Positions 40,240-54,410 of a stretch of 64,000 bases of DNA are shown in pieces (position 1 is the stretch's first letter; every line of letters begins with the position of its first letter). The notes below the pieces were generated by a model. The model made no database searches, was not told the origin of the DNA, and worked only from the letters and a program-made list of their open reading frames with translations. This stretch comes from the human T2T-CHM13v2.0 reference genome, Homo sapiens, in assembly GCF_009914755.1 (NCBI RefSeq), contig NC_060928.1. One strand, 5' to 3'. Position numbers and translations under genes: made by a program.

Positions 40240-41174
40240 TCATGACCCAACAATATGGTACCTACAAGAAGCTACTTCACTTTTAAAAGCACATATAGAC
40301 TGCAAATGAAGAGATAAAAAATGTTTCCATGCAAACAGAAACCAAAAGAGAGGATAATTAATTATACTTACATAAGATAAAACAGATTTTAAGTCAAAAA
40401 CAGTAAAAAAGAGGTAAAGGTCATTATATAAGAATAAGGAGACCAATTCAGTCTGAGGATATAACAATTCTATGGATACAGGCACCCAACACCAAAGCAC
40501 CCAGATTCATAAAACAAATACGACTAAATATAAAGGAAGAGATAGATTCCAATACATTAATACTTGGGGACTTTAACACCCCATTCTTAGCATTGGACAG
40601 ATTGTCTAGACAAAAATTAACAAAGAAACATTAGATTTTACTTGATTTTAGACCAAATGGACCTAACAGTTATAGAACATTTTATCGAACAGCTGCAAAT
40701 ACACATTATTTGCATCAGCACATGGAACATTCTCCAAGATAGACCACAAGTTAGGCTACAAAACAAATTTTAACAAAATTTTGAAAATGGAAAGCATATC
40801 AAGTATCTTCTCAGACCACAAAGAAATAAAATTAGAAATCAATAACAAGAGGAACTTTGAAAACTATACAACTATATGAAAACTAAACATGCACCTGAAA
40901 GACCAATTGTTCTATGAAGATATCAAGAAGAAAATAAAAAAATTTGTTGAAAGAAATAAAAATCAAAATATAATATACTAAAACCTATGGGACACAGGAA
41001 AAGCTGTGCTAAGAGGGAAGTTTATAGCAATAAATGCCTAAATCAAAGAAGTAGAAAGATTTCAAATGAATAACCTGAAGATACACCTCAAAGAACTAAA
41101 AAATCAAGAACAAAGAAAACCAAAAATTAGTAGTAGGAAACAAATAATAAGGATCAGAGCAGAATTAAACAAAA

Positions 41175-41923
41175 TAAATGCAAATCAAAACCACAATGAG
41201 ATACCATCTCACACCAGTTAGAATGGCAATCATTAAAAAGTCAGGAAACAACAGGTGCTGGAGAGGATGTGGAGAAATAGGAACACTTTTACACTGTTGG
41301 TGGGACTGTCAACTAGTTCAACCATTGTGGAAGTCAGTGTGGCTATTCCTCAGGGATCTAGAACTGGAAATACCATTTGACCCAGCCATCCCATTACTGG
41401 GTATATACCCAAAGGACTATAAATCATGCTGCTATAAAGACACATGCACACGTATGTTTATTGCAGCATTATTCACGATAGCAAAGACTTGGAACCAACC
41501 CAAATGTCCAACAATGATAGACTGGATTAAGAAAATGTGGCACATATACACCATGGAATACTATGCAGCCATAAAAAATGAGTTCATGTCCTTTGTAGGG
41601 ACATGGATGAAATTGGAAATCATCATTCTCAGTAAACTATCGCAAGAACAAAAAACCAAACACCGCATATTCTCACTCATAGGTGGGAATTGAACAATGA
41701 GATCACATGGACACAGGAAGGGGAATATCACACTCTGGGGACTGTTGTGGGGTGGGGGGAGGGGTGAGGGATAGCATTGGGAGATATACCTAATGCTAGA
41801 TGACGAGTTAGTGGGTGCAGCGCACCAGCATGGCACATGTATACATATGTAACTAACCTGCACAATGTGCGCATGTACCCTAAAACTTAAAAGTATAATA
41901 ATAATAAAAAAAAGAAAAAAAAA
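41175..41923 (+). mobile_element. 5'-truncated L1PA2 3' end in L1MA
   Basis: Open ORF2 C-terminal 171 aa ([18 protein letters not shown]...FSLIGGN). GAGATCACATGG, AATATCACACTC and GAG at the Ta-diagnostic position (41805-41807) indicate L1PA2 rather than L1HS-Ta. Confidence 0.92.
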
Positions 41924-44810
41924 GAAACTAAACAAATACAAAAACAAAAGCAAAAATAACAAAAAAGGTTTTTAAAAAGATAGACAAAATTCATAAACCA
42001 CTAGCTAAACTGACCAAAAAAGAGAGAGAAGACTCAAATAAACATAAGCAGAAACAAAAAATGAAATATTAAAACTGTTACCACAGAAATACATAGGATC
42101 TTCAGAGACTATTATAAACAACTGTCATCTAGCAAATTATGACACCTAGAGGAAATGCCTACTTTTCTGGACACATGCAACCTACTAAGATTGAACAAAG
42201 AAAGCACAGAAAATCTGAACAGGCCAATAGTGAGTAATGACACTGAATCAATAATAAAATTTCCCAACAAAGAAAAGCCCAGGCCTAGATGGCTTTACTG
42301 CTCAATTCTTTCAAAGTTTAAAAAAGAACTAATTTTTCTCAAGAACACCAATTCTTCTTAAACTATTTCGAAAAAAAAAATGAGGAGGAGGGAATTATGC
42401 CTAACTATTCAAAGAGGTCTGTATTAACCAGATACCAAAATAAGACAAGGACACAACAACAAAAACTACAGGCCACTATTCCTAATTAACATAAACACAA
42501 AAATCCTCAAAAAATACTAGCAAATTGAATCCCATAACACATCAAAAAGATAATACACCATGACCAAGTGGGGTTTATCCAACAGATGCAAAGAAGTTTC
42601 AACAAATGCAAATCAATAAATGTGGTACATCACATGAATAGTACGAAAGACAAAAACTATATGGTCATGTCAATAGAAGCCAAAAAAGCATTTGATAAAA
42701 TTCAACTTCCCTTCATGATAAAAACTCTCAACAAACTAGGGTAGAGGGAACATACCTCAACATAACAAAGGCCATAGATGACAAACCCACAGCTAATATC
42801 ATACTGAAAAGGAAAAACGTGAAATGCTTTCCTTTAAGAACTGGATCAAGACAAGGATGCCCATTCTCACTACTCCTAGTAAACATAGTTCTGGAAATCC
42901 TATCCAGAGCAATGAGGCAAAAGAAAGAAATAAAAGGCACCCAAAGCAGAAAAGACAAATTCTAACTTTTTTTCTTTGTAGACAACAAGATCTTACATAC
43001 TAAAAAACCTAAAGAGTCCACAAAAATCTTTGGAACTGATCATTGATTTCACTAAAGTTGCAGAATACAAAGTCAACATACAAAAATCTATAGTGTTTCT
43101 ATGCAACAATAACAAGCTAGATTAAAAAGAAATCAAGAAAACAATCCTGTTTGAAATAGTTACAAAAAATAAAATACCCAGGAATAAATTTAACCAAGAA
43201 TATTAGATACATCTACAAAAACATTGATGACGGAAAATGAAGAGGACACAAACAAATGGAAAGACATCCCATGCTCATGGATTAAAAAGATTAACATTGC
43301 TGAAATGACCATACTACCCAAAGCAGTCTACATATTCAATGCAATCTGTATCAAAATACCAATGATATTCCTCACAAAAAAGGAAAAGCAATCCCAAAAC
43401 CTGTATGAAATAAAAAGTCCAGATAGCCAAAGCAATACTGAAAATATTAAAATAACCAAGCTGAAGGTATACTACCTGACTTAATCTACGAAGCTATAGT
43501 AGTGCAAAGAGCATGTGATTTGCTATAAAAACAGACACATGGACTAATGGAACAGAATAGAAAATTCATAAATAAATCCATGTGTTTATAGCCAACTGAC
43601 TTTTGACAAAGGCACCAAGAACATACATTGGGAAAAGGACACCCTCTTCAATAACTGGTGCTGGGAAAATCAGATATGCATATGCTGAAGAATGAAAGTG
43701 AACCCTTTCCCCTCACTATATATAAAAATCAACTGAAAGTGGATAAAAGACAAACATAAAACAGTAAACTCTAGAACTACTAGAAGAAAACATAGAAGAA
43801 ATTTTACAGGACATTAGTCTAGGCAAAGGTTTTGTGGCAAAGACCTCAACAGTATAGGCAACAGAAACAATCAACAGAGTTTAAGAGACAACATGCTGAA
43901 TGGGAGAAAATAATTGTAAACTATTCACCCAACAAGAGACCAGTTTTCGGAATATTCACGGAACTTAAAAAATTCAACAGCAAATAAAATAATCCCATTA
44001 GATGGTGGGTGAAGGATCTGAAAACATTTCTCAAACAGAGACATACAAATGGCCAACAGGTATTTAAAAAAAAATGTTTAACATCACTATTCATCCGGGA
44101 AATGCAAATAAAAACTATGGTAAGTTATCGTTTTATCCCAGTTAGAATGGCTATTTCAAAAAGACAAAATATAACAAACACTGGTAAGGATGCATAGAAA
44201 AAGGAACTCTTATACACTGTTGGTGGGAATGTAAATTAGTACAGCCATTATGGGAAAAAGTATGGAGGTTTCTCAGAAAAATGAAAATAGAGCTATTATC
44301 CAATCTAGCAATCTCACTGTTGCATATTTTTCCAAAGGAAAGGAAATCAAATGAATACTTGCATCCCAATTTTTACTGTAGCACTATTCACAATAGCTAA
44401 GTAAAGCTGTTGTAAAAATGGAAGAAACCTGAGTGTCCACAAATGGATGAATGGATAAAGAAAATGTGGTATCTATACGCAATCGAATATTATTCAGCCA
44501 TTAAAAAGAATGAAATTCTGTCATTTTCAACAACATGTGGATGGAACTGGAAGTCACTATGTTAATTGAAATAAGCCAGGCACAGAAAAACAAATATTAT
44601 ATGTTTTCACTCATATGTGGGAGTTTAAAATGTTAGTCTTATGGAGGTAGAGTAGAACGGTAGTTACCAGAGGTTAGGAAGGGTATGTGTCCAGGGTGGG
44701 GAAGGGGATGTAGAAAGGTTGATTAACGGGAACAAACATATATTTACATAGAAGAACTAAGTTTTAGTATTTGATAGCACAGTAGAGTGACTATAGCTAA
44801 TATGTTGTAT

Positions 44811-45360
44811 TTTTTTAATTTTTTTAAACTTTTATATTAAATTCAGGGGTACAAGAGCGTGTTTTTTACATAGGTAAACTTGTGTCATAGGGGTTTGTTG
44901 TACAGATTATTTCATCACCCAGGTATTAAGCCTAGTACCCCTCAGTTATTTTTCCTGACTCTCCTCCTCCTCCCACCCTCCACCCTCTAAAAGGCTCCAG
45001 TTTGTATTGGTCACTATTTGTCCACATGTTCTCATCATTTAGCTTCTACTTATAAGTGAGAACATGCAGTATTTGGTTTCCTCTTCCTGTGTTACTTTCC
45101 AAAGGATAATGGCCCCCATGTTTCTGCACGGGACATAATCTTGTTCTTTTTCATGGCTGCATAGTATTCCATAGTATATTTATGCCACATTTTCTTTATT
45201 TAGTCTATCATTGATGGGCATTTAGGTTTATTCCATGTCTTTGCCATCATGAATAGTGCTGCAATAAACAAATGCGTGCATGTGTTTTTATAATAGAATG
45301 ATTTATATTCCTTTGGGTAAGGATTTCTGGGTCGAATGGTATTTGTGTCTTTAGATCTTT
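44811..45360 (-). mobile_element. L1PA13-16-type 3' fragment inserted in the L1MA 3' UTR
   Basis: Antisense GGGTTTGTTGTACAGATTATTTCATCACCCAGGTATTAAGCCTAGTACCC. The host 3' UTR resumes at TATTTTAAAATAACTAGA. Confidence 0.85.
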
Positions 45361-45957
45361 AATATTTTAAAATAACTAGAAAAGAATATTTGAAATGTTC
45401 CCAACAAAAATAAATGATAAATGTTTGAGGTGATGGTATCCTAAATACCCTGATTTGATCATTACACATTGTTTGCAGGTATCAAAATACCACTTGTGTT
45501 CCATAAATATGTACAAATATGTACTAATAAAAACATTTTTATAAAACTGGAAGTTCAGAAACCAAGAATACTCTCTCTGATCTCTAATGCTCAATGGTTT
45601 CTCATTTCTTTCTCTCCACACACTGGATTTGTTATTAATTCTCTCTGGAGACTGGCTTTTTCTGGTTTTCTCTAGTTCTGTTTCTCCAGGCATTCCAGCT
45701 TGAGTGTCAAAACTCACTCAAACATATTTAATATAATCTCAGATTTTTGGAAGAAGAAATTGGGTCAGGCATCCACATCAACTGTGCCACAAAGCAGGGT
45801 TAATTATACCTCTATTTTCTCAGCCAGAATTCTGGGAATTAGAACAGCAATTTCAATGAGAAGAAGCATGAGATAGAAACGAAATTCTAGGTATTAATAG
45901 GACATAAGATATCGCCAAATTTGTTCTCATTATCTTCCCCGATTATAAACCAGCAAC

Positions 45958-46244
45958 TTTTTTTTTTTTTTTTTTGTGAGATGGAATCTCGCTCTGTCAC
46001 CCAGGCTGGAGTGCAGTGGCCTCATGCCATTCTCCTGCCTCAGCCTCATGAGTAGCTGAGACTACAGGCGCCCGCCACCACGCCCAGCTAATTTTTTTTT
46101 TTTTTTTTTTTTTTTTTTGTATTTTTAGTAGAGATGGGGTTTCACCGTGTTAGCCAGGATGGCCTTGATCTCCTGACCTCATGATCTGCCCGCCTCGGCC
46201 TCCCAAAGTGCTGGGATTACAGGCGTGAGCCACCGCACCCGGCC
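45958..46244 (-). mobile_element. AluY with ~35-nt internal deletion
   Basis: CACCGTGTTAGCCAGGATGG Y diagnostics. GAGTGCAGTGGC joins directly to CTCATGCCATTCTCC. Confidence 0.93.
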
Positions 46245-46761
46245 TTCTTATAACATGTCTATTTTGGAAAATAGAACCATTTATAAACAGAGTTTAGAAA
46301 CATCCTTAACTCCTCTCAGAAATCTATAACTAATTATTCTTTACAGATTATACTTCTGAAGCCATTTCTTCCTTTCCATTGCCATTAGACCTGTTCTTAT
46401 TATCTTATCTGAACTTTTAAAATAGCTTTCTAAAATGTACTCCACACTACAATAATTTGCTTCATCTCATTCTTGTCAACACTTTAATAAGAAACACCAT
46501 ACCTACATTTATGTCATTCCCCTGATAAAAATGTTCAGTGAACACTTCTTTCCTTTAAAATAACCTACAAACTTCACCCTTTAAAGTTTTCCACAATGTG
46601 AACCAAAGTTACCTTTCTTGGTTTGCCTTATTCTACATACTAACAAATACCTCATGCTCCAATCAAACTGGACTATGCTATTTCCAAATATATCCTGTAT
46701 ATTCAGCTCCATCGCTCGATTCATAGCAGATTTTCTTTTTAAAATGCCCTGTTTTCCTATT

Positions 46762-47128
46762 TGTATTAGTCTGTTCTCATGCTGCTAATAAAGACACACC
46801 TGAGACTGGGTAATTTCTAAAGGAAAGAGTTTTAATTGACTCACATTTCCACTGGCTGGGGAGGTCTCACAATCATGGCAGAAGGCCAAGGAGGAGCAAT
46901 GTCATGTCTTTCATGGCAGTAGGCAAGAGAGAATGAGAACCAAGCGAAAGCAGAAACCCCTTATAAAACCATCATATCTCTTGAGACTTGTTCACTACCA
47001 TGAGAACAGTATGGGGGAAACTGTCCCTATGATTCCCTTATCTCCCACTGGGTCCCTCCCACAAGTGGAAATTATGGGAGCTACAATTCAAGATGAGATT
47101 TGAGTGGAGACACAACCAAACCATATCG
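46762..47128 (-). mobile_element. THE1B/C solo LTR
   Basis: TGTATTAGTCTGTTCTCATGCTGCTAATAAAGAC...CAATTCAAGATGAGATTTG...CCAAACCATATC. TSD CTATT/TTATT. Confidence 0.92.
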
Positions 47129-47289
47129 TTATTCAAATCTAAATATCTGCTATAAAAATTATTTTCATCATTTAAAGTCCAAACCAAAGACCTTTGCTAA
47201 AGATGCTCCTGATTGGTTGTGATCTCTTACTACTTTGGTCTTCATATCAAGTTGCTCGCACTTTGTGTGTGACATATATATTAACAGTA

Positions 47290-47480
47290 TGCTAATAACA
47301 CAAGAGCTTTCTACATTCCAAGTGTTAGTCTAAATACCTTTTTAATACATTTTCTCATCTAATGCTTATATCAAATAAACAATTTACATACTATAATTAT
47401 ACTCATTTTAAGGATGGGAAATTGTGGTTTAGAATGTTTAATTAATTGTCCCAAAGTCACCTAGCTAGGAAGTAGCTATA
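47290..47480 (-). mobile_element. MIR fragment
   Basis: TTATACTCATTTTAAGGATGGGAAATTG...TTAATTAATTGTCCCAAAGTCACCTAGCTAG. Confidence 0.6.
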
Positions 47481-49379
47481 TTTTCTAGTTACTCTATGTC
47501 TCTCTTTTTATCAATCTTAAATGAAAACTTGAGATCAGCTTTTTATCTCTTCAAGTACCTAGCCCAGTATTGTGAGTAAGTGGGTAAGCAGATAGATTAG
47601 ATTAACTGGATTAAATAATATCATGAAGAAAATGTCAACAGGGAACTTCAGTCTTTAATTTGTAAACATGGGTTGGTACAAGGTTTACTGGGGGATATTA
47701 GAAACTAGGTTTATATTTAGTTTGGCCTTTTGTGACTATGTTAAAACAACTATACTCATGAGTTGTGAGATTACCCTGCTATACAAGTGAGCAGTTTTTC
47801 ATATGTGAGCTGCAGTAGATAAACCAATTCATTTCTTTTCCAAAGCACTACAAATAACAATACTCCAGCACATCCCTGTAAAGGAGAACATTTTTGGTTT
47901 GCCCTTACATGTGTTGTCTCCCTATTTTGAGATGTATTCATTAAGACTAGTTTCAATTGTTGTTGAAAAAACATTTTCTATTAAATTGGATTTGAATCAT
48001 AGAGACTAAGAAATTAAATCTTTAGAAAGAGTATTTTCAAAACTAATTAGATATTTCAAGGCTGTCCAATCATACAATTTAAGGGACAAATTTTCTTCTT
48101 GTTTGGTTAAATGCCGGTAGAATTTACTAAGGATTTACTATAATATTTGCTAAGATTAGATGAGCAGGTGTGGCCTATATTTCATTAATATTAGTGACCA
48201 CCTGCAGCCTAAGAAAATGCATTTTAACTTAAATGTCATTCAGCTGTACTTTTCAAACTTTTATTCCATCCAAATTCTCCATAGACCATCAGGGAAATGT
48301 GCTTACCATTAACCAAGAAGGGAATTACTGCACACAATATGTATAGGAACTGATTGGGGTAGTATCCTGATGTTCAGTTTGCTTGACTATATCCAGAGCA
48401 GTACAAATCAAATTTAATTCCTAAATATTTGATCGGATCTACTTAACGCAGGAAACCATTTTTTTTAAAGTAGACTGTGAGTATCCATCTGATTGATGGC
48501 CTATGTTCAACTTCTATGATAGTGAGCAAAAGTCAATCTGATCACCTAAATAAATATTCTGAGAGATATTAATCACACATTATTAAGGCTAGAAGACTTT
48601 AGAGATCATCTGGTTAATCTGGTGAATGCCTTCTCTTAATTTAGCAAACTCAGTCTCAGACAGATTGCATTTTACTCAAGTTTTTACTTGGAATTAGTGG
48701 AAAAGCCAAGCTGAAACTTCATATTTCCTACCTCCAAAGAACTACACTTTCCAGTTAGCAATTTTTGTGACCCAGGGTTAGGGCATCAAAGGGATGATTC
48801 TGAGGAAGGGATGGAGCAGTAGAGAGAAAGAAGAAAGAAATGCTTCTGTAAGGATATTGATGTCCTGTGATGTTTTAATGGAAACTTGGCATTCTACCAC
48901 CCATGATAAGCTACCTAAATATTTACGTACAAGAGCCTAGGAAACTGTCACAGGATATTATAAATTAGTTCCATTTTCTCAAGGGTCATTTGCATTTCCA
49001 TTCAGGTAATTTCCTCATCATAATGTGGTTATTATTATATTTGCTGAGGTAAAACTAGATCATCTTTTTTGCATTAATATAAAACCATTTATTCAGTGAT
49101 ATGTTGGAGAAGGCTTATACCTGGACAAAGCAATTATTAAATTTTTAAAAAATTTTGTGTAGTTGATGTTAAATACAGCTATTACTAAATATTAAATTAT
49201 ATAAATGTATAGTGAAGTAGATTATAATAATATCATAGGGAATCAATACTTAAAACTAATCAGTTTCCATTTATTTTACTTGGAATTTATTATTTAGCAT
49301 TTACTATTACCTATTTTGCTATTATTTTGAGATTATTTATGTCTATTGTACTGTATGGTAGAAATACCATACAACATAC

Positions 49380-49558
49380 TGCTCTACAAAAATCACTTTC
49401 CAACTTTTCATTTAGTAAGTACATTTGGTAGCTTGGAATCAGTCACAGAATGAGTATTTACACCATGAAAATTAGAAAACACTACAAAGCAAGGTTTGGT
49501 ATGTTGATTTTTCTTCTCGCAGAAGCCAACTTTTAAATATTTCCCAGCATACCACTGC
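49380..49558 (-). mobile_element. MER63-like hAT-Blackjack fragment
   Basis: ATTTACACCATGAAAATT...TTTTAAATATTTCCCAGCATACCACTG resembles the MER63 terminus. Confidence 0.55.
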
Positions 49559-49619
49559 TTAAAATCCACTTATGATTCACCTCATGCCTTAACAGGTACA
49601 TGAAACCTCAAATCTACAA

Positions 49620-50902
49620 CGATTTGACCACTGCTACATTGACCACTAATAGGCATGCTGTGTATTCTTGCATAGGGTGTCATGGTATTCTGAACAGCAT
49701 TGTTTCAGATCAAGAAACTCACTTTATAGACAAAGTGTAGCAGTGGGTCCACATTCACGGAATTCACTGTTCTCCTCATGTTTCCAGCCATTCTAAAAAT
49801 GCTGGCTTGATAGAACAGTGGAATGGCCTTTTGAATAGTCAGTTACAGCATCAGCTAGGTGGCAATACTTACATAATTGGGGCAAGGTTTTCTAGAATGC
49901 TGTATAGGCTCTAACTCAGTGTCCAAATATATGGTGCTATGTTTCCTGTTGCCAGAATTCACAGGTCTAGGAATCAAATAGTGGAAATGGGAGTGGCACT
50001 ACTCACTGTTACCCCTGGTTACCCACAAGCAAATTTTTGATTCCTGTTCCCATGACCTTATGCTCTGATGGTCTAGAGGTCTTAGTTTTAAGGCAAAGAA
50101 TCCTTCGACCACAAGACAATGATTCCCCTGAACTCGAATTTAACACTGCCTCCTGGCCACTATGAAGTCCTCATGCTCTAAATCAACAGAAAAGGTGGGA
50201 GTTTCTATGCTGGCTGAGGCGATTGATGTTGACTACGAAAAAGAAATAGACAACCACTCCACAATGGAGGTAAAGAAGAGTATGTACAAAATATATGAGA
50301 TCCTTTATGCATCTCTTAGTATTACCATCAATGATTAAGGTCAATGGAAAATTACAACAACCAAATCCAAATAGGAGTACTAATGGCCTGGATCCTTCAG
50401 AAATGAAAGCTGGGGTCATATCTTCAAGTAAAGAACACAATCAGCTGAGGTACTTGCTGGACACAAAAGAATATAGAATAGGTAGTGGAAGAAGGTAGTT
50501 ATAAATTCCAGCTATGACCATATGACAACTTATGCAAACAAGGGCAGTAATTATCATGAGTATCTTCCTATTTTATTAAAATATGTGTGTGTTTGTGTGT
50601 ATATACATATGCAATCTTTGTTTTCTTGCCCTCTCTTATTCCTTTATCATGTAGCCTGAGCTACATGATATTTATATATCACAATATTTATTGATTTTTA
50701 TTTAAGTTACAAGATATCAAGAAGAAGAGTAAATGTCACTCAAGAACTTTACCTACTGTCCTGAGGAAAAGGTTATTGCACTTTCAGTGGTATGCAGGAT
50801 ATTTATAACATGTAGGAGAAATTAGGACTTTGTTTTTTTTTTTGGACATTAAGTATGGTTTAAGGACATGCTTATGGGTGCCAGCTAGATAAAGAAAGGA
50901 CT
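49620..50902 (+). mobile_element. ERVL (HERVL-type) internal 3' remnant: degenerate integrase and dUTPase region
   Basis: CATGGTATTCTGAACAGCATTGTTTCAGATCAAGAAACTCACTTT (HGI..SI.SDQ.THF), GCTGGCTTGATAGAACAGTGGAATGGCCTTTTG (AGLIEQWNGLL), and ORF 50295 LLVLP..IKVNGKLQQPNP.R.TNG.DPS.MK. Confidence 0.85.
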
Positions 50903-51358
50903 TGTGATGTTTAATTTTGTATGTCAGGTTGACTGGGTCACCTGGTGCCCAGATATTTGGTTAAACATTATTGTGTGTGTATCTATGACGGTAATTCTGA
51001 TTCTGGATAAGATAAACAATTGGTAGACCGAGTAAAGCAGCTTACCCTTCCCCAAGTGGGTCGACCTCATCTAATTAGTTGAAGGCCTGATTAGAAGAAA
51101 ATAAAAAAAAAGGCTGAGGAAGGAAAAATCCTTTCTTTCTGCCTCATTGTGTTGGAACATGGACATTAGTCTTTTGCCTTCAGACTTAAACTTGAACTGG
51201 AACTATACCACCAGCTCTCTGGGGTCTCCGGCTTGCCAAGTGTAGATCTTGGGATTTTCTCAGTCTCCATAATTGCATGAGCCAGTTCCTTGTAATAAAT
51301 ATCTTTATGGATATATCTACTACTGGTTCTGTTTCTCTAGATAACCCAAACAAATTCA
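50903..51358 (+). mobile_element. MLT2-type 3' LTR
   Basis: Follows a purine tract. TGTGATGTTTAATTTTGTATGTC...GTGCCCAGATATTTGGTTAAACATTATT...CTGGTTCTGTTTCTCTAG. Confidence 0.85.
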
Positions 51359-54300
51359 AATAGCTTGATACAATGGCAGGAAACTGGATTATAGAGGTAG
51401 ATGGACCAAAGTCCCAGTTCTATGCCTATTCTTGTCAACTTGCAGCCTGTTTTTCTTAACTTTCCCGAAGTTATCTATTTCTGTTTGGTAGTCAACATCA
51501 ATCACCCTAGCCAGCATAGTAACTCCCACATTTCCTGTTGATTCCCAGCATTGGTATATAATTAATAAACACTAGGACATCCTTCTCCCAAAACAACAAT
51601 AACAATAAAACACCTCATTGTAACCCAGTCTGATGTTTACAAATTTAGATTTGAAGCCAGCCTTGTGTAAGTGCCAATAGGATTGAATTTGACTATATAT
51701 TTGCCACAAATGTTACAACCATGCAAGGTGCAGTGACTAGTAAACCTAAGTTTACCTAAGTACTACAATGTGGATACCTCATAAAAACAAAAAGTGGACC
51801 AGACCCACAGAGTCTTTGAATCCATCTTGCATATAGAGGCATAGCTTTAGATTATCTTAATCGAAGTAAAAACACACTGCCAGCCTACTTCCCAAACATC
51901 ATTCCTCCCACAAGTATGTTAAAGTGTTTGCCCTCTAAATCCTCATGATGTTCTATCTCCATAGAGTCATCTATTTACAGAAGCCTACACACCAAAACAA
52001 CAGATTTATGAAAATGTCATTGAAATATTTTTTCACCAAAATAGTTACCATGGAGGTTCTCGTGCAGCTCTTAAGCCAGCCGTTATTCAAGTGTAATATT
52101 GTATGTGTTTTTTAAAAAATAGGCCAGGTGATAAGGATGCAAATATTGAGTTTTTCTTCAGAAAAAGTAGACTGCCACAGAAACACACTGTAGACAATAT
52201 TATATTTGAAAGGGTCTCTACACATCCAGCCAGAGAAGGTCTGATTTTACTAACTTACGTGGTCACCAGAATTATACTGACAATGAAAACGCTATGTACA
52301 CTCATGGGTAGGCCTGGCTCTAGCAATTTGATGTGGTGATTTTCAGAATGAATGTATCAAGGCTGGAAGAAAATGGGTAGAATTCTTTTAGGGCTCAACC
52401 TCACCCTGAAAAAGAGAGAACAAAATGTTGGTAGAGGGAGGATGCAAGTGGCGATAAAATGGTTACAGAAATAAGTTTTGTAATGGATATGCATGCTAAG
52501 TTACTACTCATTTTTAATTCTTCAATCCTTGTAAAACTGAAAATATATCGGTGATTTCTCTGAAAAATTGTATCTCTTCTCTTTTCTCCTAAAGCACCTT
52601 CCCATTTAGAGAGAGTCCTTATGTTTGAATTTTAGGCTGTTGACCTAGAGCTCCCTCCTGCCAGAGTATTCCTGCTGAATAACCTAATCTGAATCACTCA
52701 AGCAGCCAGGCAAATAAGCCCATGTTAGTTCTCACAGTCCATTTCAATTCAGGCCATGTAAGCAATCAATACAGAGTGTAAAATAACAAGAACACACTTG
52801 GATACTTATCTCTGTATGCCTGAGTTACCACCTCCCAAACAACCTCAATTGGTGAGTACACAATTACAAAATCATGACTTCTTACTATGCCTATTTAGAA
52901 AATCGTCTTTGGCTTTCATGGCTCACGGTCCTATAGAGATCCACTAATAACCTGTATAAAGCATAATCCCCAGTTTGCAGAACTGGTATGCATTATTATA
53001 ATTTCTTTTCTTATTGATTATTGAATATGGATATATTTCTTAGAAATATTTATAAAATAAAAACATACTAATTTAGTAACCATACATTTATTTAAAATAT
53101 ATTTGTAAATATGTATGCATTAATTTTTATTAAAACTAAGAATTTTATCTTAAGCATTAGATGGTTTCCTGTTTAGAATCAGTCTAATGTAGTGGTTTTT
53201 GAGACATGCAAAAAGTGTTGTAAGGAGTCTTCCTGATTCTAGCTTGTTTTAATTGCAGTGTGGGCAATCATCTTTTGATCTTTTGTTTTTATCTAAGACA
53301 TGAACTCTTTGAATTATAGTGTAAACTTGAGATAATATGCCAGCAATAAAACCACTTGAAATATCTTATAGAATGAAAGAATCCTATAAATACCCATCTA
53401 CTCCAAAATCACTCATTGGATTTTCCTTGGTAAACAAAAGCTGGAGTTGGAGTACAGAGAATAAGATAAAAGAACTGCTCTATGTCAATTTAAAGCTCTT
53501 AGGAGATTGCTGTATGTGGAAACTTCTGCACAGTGTTAAAATTCCGTGTGGATGTGTGTTTATCTCAATACCCAGTAAATGGTTTGTATGGAAATATTAG
53601 AGCATGACAACTATATTGTGGTATTAAGTGTTCAGTTCTTATCTTTACTCTGTATTTATCAATTTTGATATATTAGACAAAACATTTAGCACTTAGTGTC
53701 TTCATCAGTAAAATTACATTTTTTCTTTCCATTTTGATATCTCTAAAAATTATCTATGTTAATGAATTAAATTGCAAATTCAAAGCTCTCAAACTACTAT
53801 ACAAATGCCAACTCAAATTCTTCATTTACTGAGATGTTTACATATCTACATTGATTGAGATACCCACCATTTGTATGAAAATTGTATTTAAATGTCTATC
53901 AGGACACTTACTCTAGTTAAAAATTTCAGTTGTCACACTTTTTCTCCTTTTCAGCTCTGAATTTGATGAATAAAGCAAAACCCCATGTAGGAGGTATTGT
54001 TTAACTCTATGTTCAGTAGATCATCTTTTAATAGATTTTTTTCTAACAAAGTATGTGAGTGTAAGTTAAGAAGAGATATAGAAAAAGTTAACATATGAAT
54101 GTTCTGAGCACCTACACATTTTAATAGAGACAAGAATTATCATAACAGTAGGTAAATTCAATTTTTTAACTACTAGATTTGCATAACCAATGCTATTTAC
54201 AAGAAATATGTAAACATATTCATGACTTTTTCAAACTACCCTCATATTTGAAACTCATAAATGAGTTGCTGTATTCTAAAGTTTGTAAGTTAATGCATTT

Positions 54301-54410
54301 TAAAATGGCTTGCATTTTTTAGGATTGGTAAAAACTCATACTGATATTGATCAATTCTGGTGCTGGAGATGGTGGATAAATAAGTCACAGGCCATTACAC
54401 TAGTGAATAC

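Noticed and set aside
47030-47040. DUX4 site in the THE1 LTR
   Set aside because: Reads TGATTCCCTTA rather than TGATTCAATTA, so the motif is degraded.
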